A program made the position numbers and the translations under genes. A stretch of 64,000 nt of DNA from assembly GCA_963833985.1 (NCBI GenBank), contig CAWIAD010000002.1, positions 6,432,001 to 6,496,000 on the forward strand, written 5' to 3'. This DNA is from an uncultured Planctomycetaceae bacterium. GTDB taxonomy: Bacteria > Planctomycetota > Planctomycetia > Isosphaerales > Isosphaeraceae. Every line of letters begins with the position of its first letter. Position 1 is the stretch's first letter. This document shows, piece after piece, positions 21,266 to 33,553 of the stretch. Under the pieces are notes generated by a model that saw only the letters and a program-made list of their open reading frames with translations, ran no database searches and was not told where the DNA came from.

Positions 21266-22205
21266 CCGCGATGGTTTCGTGAGCGAACGTGTGAACTCAA
21301 CCGATGAGACAAGCCTTGTCCGAAAGCTGGATGCGGGAAAACCGCCCGTCCAGTTTGATGAGCGGGGTGTGGAAACGAGGCCCAGCCGAGCCATCGACTC
21401 GAGCCCACCGCGCCACACCTCGACTCTACGTCTTGTCACTTAAATAGATAATTGTACTTAAATCTGAAGAGACAAGATGGGAATCTTGTTCCGCGAGAGA
21501 GGCTCAAGAGTCAACGGCCGAGGCTCGGCGGCGTCACGTCAGCCAGTTCCAATGTTGTCATCTTCTTGTTCCGCATACCCGGCCACGACCATCAGCCTCT
21601 GATTGTCCCCCCTTGCCCTTGTGGGACAGGCTCCGATCAAGCGGTTTCCCTCATCATGACACTACTTCAAAACGAGGAGATTGACGAATCGCCGGGGCTC
21701 AACCGCGGGTTGAAAAGATCAACGCGGGGGACTTGTCGGTGTACGCCGCTTCATCGGATTGGGCGCTGAATACGGCCCTGAGGAAGGCCGGGTGCGCGAG
21801 CGGCGTGTCGGTTCGTCAGTGACTTTTTGTCTCGATCCTGGCAAAGGGAGCGCCGGGAAAGGCGAGGTCCAGCAAAGCGTTCGGGTTCGGGAATCGGCTC
21901 GCAGAGTGTGATCGCCTCATGCGGCGTCCCGGCTGCGTCGGCAGGGACGGCGGCCAGGCACCCGGCCGGTTTCTCCGCGAAAACCGGCAGTGACAACGAA
22001 AGCCGCATCATCCCCACAAATGACAAGGTCTTCGCTTGCAAAGCCTGGATTCATTCGGCACGATGGATTGCCAGGCAAATCAGCACTCAAGGGAAAGACG
22101 CCTGCGGCGCTCGCCGTTTGTGTACTTGAGATACGCGTCACGCCCGGTGCAAGAAGGCATTCGCAGCTTCCGCTCGACCGGGATTCCGCTTCGTGGGAGG
22201 GCTTC

Positions 22206-25159
22206 ATGAGTCGCATCGGGCTACTGGGTTGCGCCGCGGCAATGGCCGTGGCTCTGTACGTCCTTGCAAATGGCCCGGGGGCCAAGGCGCAAGAGCCGCA
22301 GCCGCCTGTGAATATTGATTTCGAGGAGGTCGTCGCGGCCGCCCGGAGCGCGGGGCGCACCGCGGGCCGTCCAGTCCGTTTCGTGATTTCAACGAGGTCA
22401 CCCGCCAGGCCGAGAAGGTGGAGGGGCTGTTCACGCTCTACAAGACGGGCGATCATCTCTACGCCGAGGTCCGTCCCGACCAGTTCAACCACCCGCTGCT
22501 CACGCCGGTGACCATCGCGCGCGGCATGGCCCAGGCGGGAATGCCCGTGGGCGACGACGACCGCGTGCTCATCTTCCGCCGCGTTGGCGACCGTGTGCAG
22601 ATCGTACAGCGGAATATCCATTACAAGGCGCCTGCCGGCACCCCCATCGAGAAGGCGGTGAAGCAGAACTACACCGATTCGGTCCTCATGGCCTTGCCCA
22701 TCGTCGCCATGAACCCGATGCGCGGCGGCGCGGTGCTATTCGATCTTTCCGACCTGTTCATGACCGATTATGCCGAGCTGGGCCTGGGCGCGATTGACCG
22801 TAGCCGCAGCCAGTGGACGAAGGTGAAAGGCTTTCAGAACAACATGGAGCTGGAGCTCGAGGCCACGTACAGCGGCGGTGGATTCCGCCGCGGGGGCATG
22901 AGCCGGGGCATGGGCGGGCCAGACCCGCGGGGCCTCACCCTGGTGCTGCATTACAGCATCATGCGGGCGCCGGGGATGGATTACCGCCCGCGCGTGGCCG
23001 ACGACCGCGTGGGCCATTTCCTGAGCGCCACCAAGGATTTCGGCCTCAACGATTCGGACACCAACTTCGTGCGTTTCATCAACCGCTGGCAGCTCAAGAA
23101 GTCTGAACACGGTGCCAGGCTTTCCCCTCCGCGGAAGCAGATCGTCTGGTACGTCGAGGACACCGTGCCCACCGAGTACCGCCCGTACGTCGAGGATGGC
23201 ATCAGTGAATGGAACAAGGCGTTCGAAAAGATCGGCTTCCGGAACGCGATCGCCGTCCGCTGGCAAGAGGAAGGGCGCGACGACTTCGATCCCGAGGACA
23301 CCAACTACTGCACGTTCCGCTGGGTGGCCAGTGAGGCGGGCTTTGCGATGTCGTGCCTGCGGGCCAACCCGATGACCGGGGAGATGATCGACGGCGACGT
23401 GATCTTCGACGCCAGCTTCATTCGGTACTGGAAGCAATCGTACGCACTCCTCATCGGCAGCACGACCACGGCGTCCGGCCAGTCCCAGGCGACCCCCCTG
23501 GCGTTCGGTGAGGTGATCAGCCCGATCCTGGCCTCGAAGATGGGCTTCGGCCAGCCGAACTCGCGCAAGCTGCTGGGCCTGAGCGCGCTCGACAGGCCCG
23601 CGGGGCAGATGGTCGCCGAGGCCGTCCCCTCGGACGAGGACTACCTCCGGTGGCAGCTTGCCAGGAACCTGGCCCGGGGCACGCGCGGCTTCTGCCAGTT
23701 CCAGACCGGCTTCCAGCACGACTTCGGCCTGGCCGCGATCGCCCTGGCCGATGCATCACGCACCGACCCCCCCAGGACGGACAAGGAAAAAGAGAAAGAC
23801 AAGGACAAGGCCCCAAAGAAGCCGGAGCCGAAAACGGAGTTGCCCGAGGAGTTCATCGGCCAGGCGATCAAGCACATCGTGATGCACGAGGTGGGCCACT
23901 CGCTGGGCCTGCGGCACAACTTCAAGGCCAGCACTATGCTCACGGCCGACCAGCTCAACGACACGTCGATCACCCGCACCAGGGGCCTGGTCGGCAGCGT
24001 GATGGACTACAGCCCCATCAACATCGCCCCCAGGGGAAAGAAGCAGGGAGATTACTACTCGACCACGCTTGGCCCCTATGACTACTGGGCCATTGAATAT
24101 GCCTACAAGCCGATCAGCGGCGACGAGGCGAGCGAGCTGAAGAAGATCGCCGCGCGGGCGCCCGAGCACGACCTGGTGTACGCGACCGACGAGGACGCTC
24201 GGCTCAATGATGATCCGTACGTCAACCGCTTCGACCTAGGCGCGGACCCGTGCCAGTTCGGCAAGGACCGCATCGCGCTGGCGAGCGAGCTGCTCAAGGA
24301 CCTGGATTCCCGCGTGGTCCGGGACGGCGAGTCGTGGTCCCGGACCCGGCGCGCCTTCGGCATCCTCATTGGCCAGTTCGGCGACGGGGCCACGCTCGCG
24401 TCGCAGTACATCGGCGGGCAGTCGGTCTCACGCGACCACAAGGCCGACAAGGACGCGCGAGACCCGATCATGCCGGTTTCGGGGGCCAAGCAGCGCGAGT
24501 GCCTGAAGTTCCTCACCGACACCATCCTCAGCGACCAGTCGTTCCAGTTCTCGCCCGTGCTGCTGCGCAGGCTGGGAGCGGAGCGGTGGATGCACTGGGG
24601 CAACGACGGCCTGAACGGTCCGGGCATCGATATCTCGGTGCTCGAGCGGATCCTGGGCATCCAGAAGATCGTGCTCAGCCACTGCCTGGGCGCGGGAACC
24701 CTGGCCCGGCTGGAGAACCAGCAGCTTCAGGCGAACGCCGGAAGCGATCCACTGCGCATGGAGGAGGTCTTCCGGGCGCTCACCGATGGCATCTGGTCCG
24801 ACCTGGACAGGCTGTCGGCGCAGAAGGATCCCAAGGTCAAGGCCGCGCTTTCCACCGTGCGCCGCAACCTCCAGCGCGAGTACCTGCGCCGGCTGGGCAT
24901 GATGGTGCTGGGTGATCGCTCGAACGGCTACAGCGACGCCTTTGGCTACCTGGTGATCACCAGCGGTGGCAGCCCGACGGTTCCGGCCGACGCCCGGGCC
25001 CTGGCTCGCCTGCACCTCAAGGAGATCAGCGGCCGCATCGGCGTGGTCCTGGAGGCCAGGAGCGCCGGACTCGACGACACCACGCGAGCCCATCTCGAGG
25101 AGTGCAGGCACCGGATCGCCAAGGTGCTGGAGGCGAACCTGGACATCCAGGAACCGTGA
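22206..25159 (+). CDS. Secreted zinc-dependent metalloprotease (EcxA/DUF5117-DUF4953 type), frameshift near 22360
   Basis: Signal peptide, PRVADDRVGHF, HEVGHSLGLRHNF, Met-turn SVMDY and GPYDYWAIEYAY. Confidence 0.88.
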
Positions 25160-25249
25160 TGAACCCTGGTGACGGATCCCTTTTCCAAGACGTCCCGCCG
25201 GGGCAGTCACTCCGGCGGGACGGCGTTGTTCTGGTGCAGGAGGATGTGG

Positions 25250-26019
25250 ATGAGCCACCGAAGCCATCTCTTCGCGGCCGTCGCCTGTGCGCTGGTGATG
25301 GCCGGTGCGGGGTCGCCGGCCCTGGCGCAGGGTACTGCCGTGCCGCGGCCGGGCCTGACCGCGCAGCAAACCCGCACGGCGGTCACCGTGGCCAGAGACA
25401 AAATGGCCGAGCTGCGCAGGCAGACCCCGGGGGCGGAGCAGCCCGGCGCCGACCGCCGCGAGTTCGTGGTCGGAGTGGAACTGCTCGCCACCAAGGAGCC
25501 CGCGCCGGGACCAGCGAAGGCCGGGGACCAGGGCGCAACGGAGTCCGGCAACCCTGCTTCCACAAAGCCGGATGACGGCGGCCAGGGAGCCGCGCCCCGG
25601 CGCGCGGGCCGCTGGCGCTGGTCACCTCCTACCGGTACTTCGATGACCTGACCATCTTCGCCACCGTGGACCTCGCATCGGGCCGGGTCGTCCACCTCGA
25701 GACCGCACAGCACCTGCGCACCCACCTGTCCGACGCGGAATTCGAAGAGGCCCGGAAACTGGCTCGCGAGCGCAGCGAGCCGGTCCAGGCCCTGTACCGG
25801 AAGTTCGGAGACGCGCTCGCGGTCAACACCCAGTTCAGCCAGTTCACCGTCAAGGGCGACGCCAGGATCCACCGGGCGCTGCATTTGACGTACCGCGTGG
25901 GTACGCGCGACCTGAGCTATCCGCGGCCGATCATTGACCTGACCACGCGCGAGGTCACGACGCCCGCTCCGGAAGAGTTTCCCAGACCACGCGGGGCCGC
26001 TCGCTCGCCCGGACCTTGA
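25250..26019 (+). CDS. Secreted protein preceding the copper amine oxidase-like gene, frameshift near 25610
   Basis: Signal peptide ending SPALA; second frame YRYFDDLTIFATVDLASGRVV...LSDAEFEEA resembles CuAO N-terminal/accessory domains. Confidence 0.65.
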
Positions 26020-26049
26020 ACCGAACTGCCCGAGACGAAGGAGCCTCGC

Positions 26050-27336
26050 ATGACCTGGGTGCCGGCTTGCCGCCGAGCGATGATCGTTCTTGTGGCCGGG
26101 ATGCTCACCGCGCCCGCCGCGCACGCGCAGTTCTTTTCGCGCCGGACGCTCCCCGACCCGCCGTCGCAGGAGCTGACCGCCGAGTTCCTGGTCGGTGACT
26201 CGGGCGGCCTGGAACCGCGCAAGGGGACGGCCTGGAAAGTGCACTATGCGCCGGCCTGCACCGCGGGCTGTACATCACAGGTGCCTGGTACAAGAGGAAC
26301 CTGTCGGAGGACTGGATCAAGGTTCTGGCCGACGCCCGTGTCGCCGAACTGTTCGTGCCGTACCACCAGTCCAGCCAGATTCGCTACTTCGACCTCACGG
26401 GCTTTGCCTTCCCCATGGCCCAGGTGCGCGAGGAGGACGCCGGCGCCAGCGGAGCGCCTCTTGCCGCCGTTCGCGGGCGACTCGTACCCGACCGTGGTCC
26501 GCGAGTACCGCGACCGCGGCGTGGTCTGGAAAGACAACGTGCACGGCGTGCGCCGGGGGAAGGAGCTTGTCATCTGGGGCGCCATCGATGCAGCTAACTA
26601 TATGTATATTCTTTCCTATGGATTCCATGATGACGGCACCATCAGCTTCCGCGTGGGCGCGACCGGGCAGAACCTGCCCGGCCATCGCGGCGAGTCGCAC
26701 ATGCACAACGCGCACTGGCGCATCGATATCGACCTGATCGACGGCAAGAAGAACTCGGCAATGGTGATGCGGCATGTGGAAGACCCCGCGAGCCTGACCG
26801 CCGAGGACGTGGAGGAGCCCTTCAATCGTGGGTTCGAGGGAGGCATCGACTGGGACCCCAAGGAGTTCACCATGGTCCGCATCGAGAGCAACCGCAAGAA
26901 CGCGCGCGGCAAGACCATCGGCTATGACCTCATGCCCGTGCGCATGGGCTCGGCGCGGCATAACGAGGGCTTCACGCAGCACGATTTCTGGGTCACGCAG
27001 GCGCACCCCGAACGGCCCCTGGAATACCTCTACTCCAACCTGCCGGCACTGGTGAAGGACGAGGAGCCGGTGGAGCTCGCGGATATCGTCCTCTGGGCCA
27101 CCAGCTCGTCGCACCACGAACCGCGCGATGAGGATGGCAAGCCTGATTCCGCTCCCAGAATCTGGCCCGGCGACGACGCCTGGGAAGGCTCGGCCCTGGT
27201 GATGTGGAGCGGCTTCGACCTGCGGCCCAGGAACTTCTTCGACCGCACGCCGTTCTATCCCTACCCGCCCTCGCCGCAGGCCGCGCGGCCTGGCCCGGCC
27301 ATCGACGTCGGCCAGCAGGGCTCGGCACGCGAGTGA
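26050..27336 (+). CDS. Copper amine oxidase-like catalytic domain protein (compensating frameshifts near 26250 and 26455)
   Basis: ANYMY (TPQ-site-like), FHDDGTI, HMH, WRIDIDL and HHEPRDED; ELFVPY and RYFD lie in the shifted frame. Confidence 0.8.
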   Translation: MTWVPACRRAMIVLVAGMLTAPAAHAQFFSRRTLPDPPSQELTAEFLVGDSGGLEPRKGTAWKVHYAPACTAGCTSQVPGTRGTCRRTGSRFWPTPVSPNCSCRTTSPARFATSTSRALPSPWPRCARRTPAPAERLLPPFAGDSYPTVVREYRDRGVVWKDNVHGVRRGKELVIWGAIDAANYMYILSYGFHDDGTISFRVGATGQNLPGHRGESHMHNAHWRIDIDLIDGKKNSAMVMRHVEDPASLTAEDVEEPFNRGFEGGIDWDPKEFTMVRIESNRKNARGKTIGYDLMPVRMGSARHNEGFTQHDFWVTQAHPERPLEYLYSNLPALVKDEEPVELADIVLWATSSSHHEPRDEDGKPDSAPRIWPGDDAWEGSALVMWSGFDLRPRNFFDRTPFYPYPPSPQAARPGPAIDVGQQGSARE

Positions 27337-27444
27337 AACGGCCCGTCGGATCCGACATCTGTCATTGACCCGGCTCGATCGGCGAGCTAGCATCGACGTT
27401 CGGTTCAGGGCGACAGCGATCGGTCCTGCGGGGGGCCCGCGGAG

Positions 27445-29148
27445 ATGTGTTCGTTGACTGGCTTTCTTCGCGCCTTTGCGGCCGCATGCCTGCTGCTGGG
27501 TCCGCCGCCTCAGGCGCAGGATCGTGAAGTGCGGGAGGTTCCTCGCACCCGGTTCGTGGACCGTTATCAGAACGAGCCGGTGCGGCCGAAAGCGAGTGAG
27601 CCGATCCGCTTTGTCGATTCGTATGAGGACGCGCGGCGCCAGGCAATGGCTTCGGGCCGGCGGCTGCTGGTCTATTTCACGGGGCCGGGCTGTGCGTGGT
27701 GCCGGGTGCTCGAGGCCCGCACGTTCCCCGACGCGGAGGTGGCTGCGCTCAGCCGCGAATTCGTCTGAGTGGCCCTGCATACCGACCGCGACAGCCTGCT
27801 CGCCGATCAAATGCGCGTCGATTCGATTCCGCGATCGATCGTGCTTGACCCCGACGGCACGACGGTGGACGTTCAGGTGGGGTACTGTCCCGCGGCCGAA
27901 TACGCAGCGTGGCTGAAGTCCGCGCGGTCCAAGCCGTCCGTCCGGCTGCCGGCGGTTGCGGGCCAGACCGCTCCACCTCCCGCCGGTGCCGGCGAGGGCG
28001 AGGCGAGCCTGACCGTCTGGTTCGTGGACAATGACCGCGTTGCGTCCACCTGGAACCAGGCAGAGGCCTTTCGCCACCCCGGGCTCCTCTGGTTGCTTTC
28101 GTCGCTGGGTCTCAAACCGCGCATCGAACACATGAGCCGATCGGATTTCCCCACCCGCTGGCAGCAGGCCGAGGCCCAGCACCGGCTGCCCGACCTGATC
28201 AGCCCCACCAACCGGGCCGGCACGATTCGCGATCTGGAAAAAGCCGGGCGATTTCGCGCCGTTGGTTCCGAGCGACTATCGCAACGGACCGAGAACGCCG
28301 CCTGCCAGGATTTCGCCCGACGCTTCCTGTACCTGGTACGCGGGTCGCTGCATGAGTCCAACGGTCGAATGGCGGTGGGCCTGCTGCTTGGTCCCGGCCC
28401 CGGGAACGAGCTGCCCGGACGGGCGCTTTCGCAGGCGGATGGTCGAGCGGAAGCCGAGCAGGTCGCGAGCGAGGCCGTCGCGGCCTACCTGGCGGGCGAG
28501 CCGGAGAAACTGCGGCCGCTGGCATCACGCCGGTCGTCGCAGCTCGCGGAATGCACGCGGCCCGGGCCGTCGCTACGGGGCATGACAGCCCAGACCAGCG
28601 GCGTCGACCTGCGCGGCAATGCACGATTCGCCGTCGGCCTGGTCGAGGCCACCTTCGAGGGCGATCGCTTCCTCGGTGGAGACCCGGTCGCGGTCGTCCT
28701 GCATCGGGAAGATGAGCGTTGGAGGGTGCTGGCGATCTGCCGGGATGCGCTGACGGTGCGGGACGCCGGGCCGGCGCTCTGCGCGCTGACTTCCCAGTTG
28801 GATTCCTCGACCGCGGCTCCCGGCCAACCGCGAATCATCGCGCCCCGCGATGGCCAGGAGGTGGGTGAGGAAAAGCCGGACCTCACCTGGACGATCGAGC
28901 CGGGAGCTGGACCCATCCTCGCGCAGGTATTCGTTCATTTATGCGGCAACACCGACGAGCCCGAGGCAAGCTGGCCCTTTGCCCGTCTGTCGGTCCGTCC
29001 GGCGGAGCCGTCAGGAGGGCGGGTGAACCTGCTTGCCGAGCTCGCCGGCAGCCGGATGAGTGGCTCGGTCTGGGCGATCGGTCGCGGTGGCCATGTCGCG
29101 CTCGCTCCGGACGTACACTACGTGCGCGCTCCGCTCCGAGTGAAGTAA
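27445..29148 (+). CDS. Thioredoxin-like domain fusion protein with in-frame TGA at 27766
   Basis: Signal peptide and FTGPGCAWC; the thioredoxin fold continues after the TGA (VDSIPRSIVLDPDG...GY) in the same frame. Confidence 0.7.
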
Positions 29149-29653
29149 AGACGCTTCGACGAAGGAAACGACCCATGCCGAAGCCGGCCCTTGTCATCGG
29201 GGATAAAGACTAGCGGCCACCCTCGCTGGCGGTTCGGGTTAGTATCCGCTCTTGAACTTTGGCCAATATCAACCTGTGAACCGGGAGCATTGGGACGATC
29301 CCTTGGCTTGAGGCCACCGCCACCGCGCACCGATCACCTGCGTGGACGCAGGACCGGAGCGCGGGTCTGTCATCGTTCCGGATTGTCAAAGAACGTCTCG
29401 TCATACTGAATTCACGATGCAAAGGCATGACCCTTCCGTGGTCGCCGGAATCGTGCTTTTATGCTGCTGTCCCGATGGCGGCCACGACAGGTTCGTTGTA
29501 CGACGGACGCCCACTCTGGACGATCCTCATTGAGACTTCATAGCATGGCCCTCTGTTTCCCTCCGAGCCTCAGCGGGCGCAAAGGATGAACTCTATTGAC
29601 GCTTGATATTTTGAGCGACGGTAACCAGCGGGACACCGACCGCCGCCGGGGTC

Positions 29654-32222
29654 CTACCGGACGTCGCCGTCGAGTGGGGCTCTCATTTGCCCATAGCCGT
29701 ATCGGGACCAGGTCAACCACCACCGATCCTCGTAGGAACGCCCGATTCTCTGTCCAAGTCCATAGCTGAGTTGAAGGATGTCCTTGGTGTCAAGATCCGC
29801 CGTCGCGCGCAGTTGCTCGACCCTTGCAACCGAGGCGCGGGGATCCAAAAGTAGCCAGCTCAGAAACCAATCCACCCGGTTGGCCAGCTCTCGATCGTCC
29901 GCCTGTTCCATCATGGCTCGATCTGTTTCGAAGACAGTCGCAGCCACATCGTGGTCGTACCAACTGAGCAATTGGACAAGTTGGCTGAGGGATGGATCGT
30001 TGAGCGAGCGCGGATTGCCGATAGCAGGTCGCGCGGCGACGGCGCGCCAGAAAACCTCGGGCACAAGAGTCGGGTCGATCTGCTCCACCAGCGGCATCAA
30101 AGCCCCGGTCCCCCCCCGAATCTGCATGGCGAGGAATTCCGCTCCCTCTTCCAGCAACCGATCGATCCCTTTGATGCCTTTCCAGAACGCTTCTTCCGCG
30201 GCCAACGGGTCGCGCCCCTTCAAGCCACAGGCCAGATAGAGGTAGGCTTCCGGGGAATCGTAATAGCGCTGAGTTTCGTCAACCAGCCTCCGGGCACGCG
30301 CTGGATCGGTCATGGCCATCTTCCAGGCGATCGCTGGGGCCAGCCATCTCTGTCCTTCCTCTTGGGGGACCATTCTCAGCACCCGCTCGGCTTCAGCGGG
30401 CTTGTCTGCCGCCAGAGCGACGGCAACGTTCCGTAGAATCAGGTTTGCGGGCGGCCGATGAGTGGCGGACAACTCCCTGGCGATGTTAATCGCTATCGGC
30501 GGGTTGACACGGGCCAGCTGAAGTCCACAGTTCACGCGGTCCGCGAGGTCGTCTTGCGCGAGGCGAACACCCTCGGCCGCCAGGGCCTTGGCCTTTTCCT
30601 TCACTCCCAGCTCATGCAAGCTCCGGGCGACTCTAATCATCGACAGCGGTGCTTTGGCGGCCCTGGCTTGAACCGCGGCGCACGCCAATAAGGCGACTTT
30701 ACGATCGTGAGCTTCCATGTGCAGCTCGTCAGCCACCGCCCAGAGCGCCGCGCTACGGCCACTCGGTGAGTCGATCGATTCGGCCACTTTCTCGGCTCGA
30801 GCCAGATCACTTCGGGCCAAAGCCCTAGCCGCATAAAGCTTGATCACCCGGACCCTGTCTGGCGTCGCGATGCCGTCGGTCTCAAGCTTCTGCAAGGCGC
30901 CAGCAGGATCAGCCGCAGCGAGATAGATCAGCGCATCACCTGCGTAGTTCTGGTTCTTCCGAGCAAGGGCCGCTTCCCAGTACGGCTCCAGTAACCGCCG
31001 CGCCAGAAGCCGCCATTCCTCCTGTGGAATTGCATCGGGAAGCGTGCGCAGCTCCAGCGCCGGCCGTTCGCCGATGCGGATCAACTCGACTGCGATCTCA
31101 TCCTCGCTGGGTTTGATGAGCCGGCCGAAATAGCGAAAACCCTCACGGCGCGAGGAGAAACACCGGCCCCTCGCGAAAGCCCCCCAGCGCGAACCGGCCG
31201 TGATCATCGGTTTTCGTCGTGGTTCGCTCCGGTCCATCGCCCGACTGAAAGACTTCCACGCTGGACAACGGCTTACCCTGTCGGTCGACGACCCGCCCGC
31301 GAATCGAACGCAAGGGCCTCTGGAGCATGGGCAGCAAGAGTTGAGGCCGCTCGCTTATCGTGACCCATTTCGACAGGGTCGGCTCGAACCCGGGAGCGCG
31401 GATCACCACCCGATACGAGGAGCCGACCAGCAGGTTCTCGGGCGTGCGGAACGAGCCGTCAGCCGCGGTGCGCAGGGGGCCATCCTGGAAACCGACGGGT
31501 CCCACGCGGAGAAGGGTTCCGCCTCTGGACCAGACCTCGACCTCCCGGCCTCCGACCGGTTGCCCGGCTCGGTTCCGGACACGGCCGGCCAGCCGTCGCG
31601 TTGGCTTGAGACGGATGGTGATGGTGTTGCCCTGGTTGTCGCGACGTGAATTCTCGACGAGCTGCAAGTCCTGGGTGCCAATCGCCGCGGCCGTGAGGCG
31701 CACAACAACCAGCTGATCGCCGCCCGCAAGGTAATTGATCGTCGCCTGGCCGTCCGGCCCGGTGGTGACGGCAAGCGACACGGCAAGCGAATCAGGAACA
31801 TGCTCGTGGCTGCTGCGGCCGGCAACGGTAAGTACTTGTGGAGAGAGTCTCGCGCTGGGAACCGGTCGTCCGTCGGGGCCTTCGACCTTGACCGTTTTCG
31901 GCCGAGGCTTCCGTAAGGCCAGATCAAACTGTGGTGTGTTGCTCGGCGTGAGTGCGATGGCCAAGCCCGGCCGATAGGACCACAAACGGAAGACAGCCCG
32001 TTTCAGCCGAGGAGACGCGATTCGGAATTGTCCCTCGGCATCCGTCTTTGTGGTCACCTCCTCGGGCTCTCTGGTGCCAGCAAGGGGGCGGGGAATATAG
32101 TAGACGACCTGGACGTCAGGTGCAGGCTTGCCCTGGTCGTCCACGACCTTGCCTTGAATCATCCCGCCCTGAAGTTGAGCGGCCAAAACTGTCGCCAGGA
32201 TCGAACCGAAAAACATCGCCAT
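29654..32222 (-). CDS. Carboxypeptidase-regulatory-like domain protein, frameshift near 31150
   Basis: Repeated GxVVDxxGKP and TDxxGxF beta-sandwich units, then an alpha-helical C-terminal half. Confidence 0.75.
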
Positions 32223-32509
32223 GGGGCGGGCCTCCGTCCGAGTGCAGCTCTGAAGTGTCTGGGAGAGTCCTGAGGCATTCGCTCCGCCTCATGCCGACAG
32301 CTTGGCAGTTCCGATCTCTGGCTCACCCGATGCGCCTCGTTGCCGAGCCAGGGTTCGAGTGTAAAGTCTTTTTACCAGTTCTCCCGTTACGCTTTTCTGC
32401 CGGGCCAAGGGCCGGGTGCAAAGTTTCAACGAGGAATCGTCTGTTGCGCACCATGGGAGCTCATCGATTGTCGTCCGGTCGGGCTTGCGCTTCGTGGCCT
32501 GCGGGTGGA

Positions 32510-32737
32510 TCAGTCTCCTACGCCGGCCAGTTCCTCGGCCGTTATCCCGATATCCCGATCGATCTTCCGCAACAGCACCGGAGAGATGTCCCGGCCCTTG
32601 TGAAACGGGACCGTAGTGCCCCGTCCATCAGGATGGCGAAACTGCTTGTGCGCGCCACGCTGCCGGACATCGATGAATCCCAGGGTCTGGAGCCGGGAAA
32701 CCACCTCCAGTGGCCTCAGCACGGGCAGCTTCGGCAT
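32510..32737 (-). CDS. hicA: HicA-family toxin
   Basis: 75 aa with GFIDVRQRGAHKQFRHPDGRGTTVPFH and LLRKI. Confidence 0.9.
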   Translation of the reverse strand: MPKLPVLRPLEVVSRLQTLGFIDVRQRGAHKQFRHPDGRGTTVPFHKGRDISPVLLRKIDRDIGITAEELAGVGD

Positions 32738-32739
32738 GT

Positions 32740-32949
32740 TCAGGCCACCTGCACCGTCTGCGTGCCGACAAACAGTGACTCCAGCTTGGGTTCACCGTCC
32801 TCCAGCAACATCTCGATCACCTCAGCAAGGTTGCGGTTCAGCTCATCGAGGGTCTCACCCTGGGAGTGGGCCCCGGGAAATCCAGGCACGTAGCCGACGA
32901 ATAGGCCTGTTTCCGGGCAACTCTCAATGACAGCAGTAAATGTCCGCAT
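32740..32949 (-). CDS. hicB: HicB-family antitoxin (short)
   Basis: FVGYVPGFPGAHSQGETLDELNRNLAEVIEMLLE; adjacent to hicA. Confidence 0.9.
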   Translation of the reverse strand: MRTFTAVIESCPETGLFVGYVPGFPGAHSQGETLDELNRNLAEVIEMLLEDGEPKLESLFVGTQTVQVA

Positions 32950-33553
32950 GCGTACCTCCGTTGCACATCACCCTCGAGGTTTGACCAGGACAACCCGTTG
33001 TCCCGATCGCAAAACGACGAGGACCTGAGCTCTTGTCGCCTGCACCTGTCCGGATCAGTTCTCGTCCAGCCTTTTCATCGGGGATTTGACGTAAGTTGTA
33101 GTTCGACGTACGAAATTATGTCGTTCCATTTGACATATTGACGCTTTCACATCGGAATGACTTAAGACAGCCCTTTCCGCCATGGTCAAAGGTTTACACG
33201 TGAAACGAACTTTGCCCTTGAGCATACCGCGCCAAGCGACCCGCTGCACCACTCTCGAACCCTTCATAGCGCACCTTGGCTTTGACTCATCGCGACGGAT
33301 GGCGCGAGGCTGGGTTTGGCATTCTCAGCCGTGCGAATTTCATCGCGCTGGAGTATCAGCCGGACTGTAAGCGTCGCCACACTACAGGAACGTGAAAGGG
33401 ACCCTCACGGATTTCGGCGGCCCATGACAGGCAAAACTCAAGCCGCTCGTTGCTCCCGAGCGAGTGCATGAACCAGGAGCGCGCGTAGCCCCTGGCGGTC
33501 CTTTACGGCCGCGCCGGTGCGGGTCAAGTAAGAGCACTGTATCGATAGTTCTA

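Larger units (their letters stand above)
17421..21429 (+). mobile_element. Group II intron (RT-encoding, no endonuclease domain)
   Basis: 5' end GTGCG at 17421; domain V AAAGCTGGATGCGGGAAAACCGCCCGTCCAGTTT (~21323-21356, AGC triad); domain VI ending CGACTCTAC at 21429; candidate EBS1 TGGAAT (17684-17689) complementary to exon ATTCCA. Confidence 0.93.
17402..21497. repeat. REP-like inverted doublet interrupted by the intron (arms: 17402-17420 plus 21430-21437, and 21471-21497)
   Basis: Joined exons give CTCGTGGGACAAGATTCCA|GTCTTGTC. Its reverse complement matches GACAAGATGGGAATCTTGTTCCGCGAG at 23/27 positions. Confidence 0.75.

Noticed and set aside
21500..22200. Long intergenic stretch as possible ncRNA or small ORFs
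   Set aside because: Only degenerate REP-like fragments; no structure or coding signal I can support.
1805..27768. Two in-frame TGA codons (1805, 27766) hinting at TGA reassignment
   Set aside because: Many well-defined genes here end properly at TGA and Trp is encoded by TGG, so the standard code fits.
32950..33550. AT-richer spacer with short ORFs and an extra ACTGTATC near the IS end
   Set aside because: Too short and degenerate to call a gene or a second IS end.
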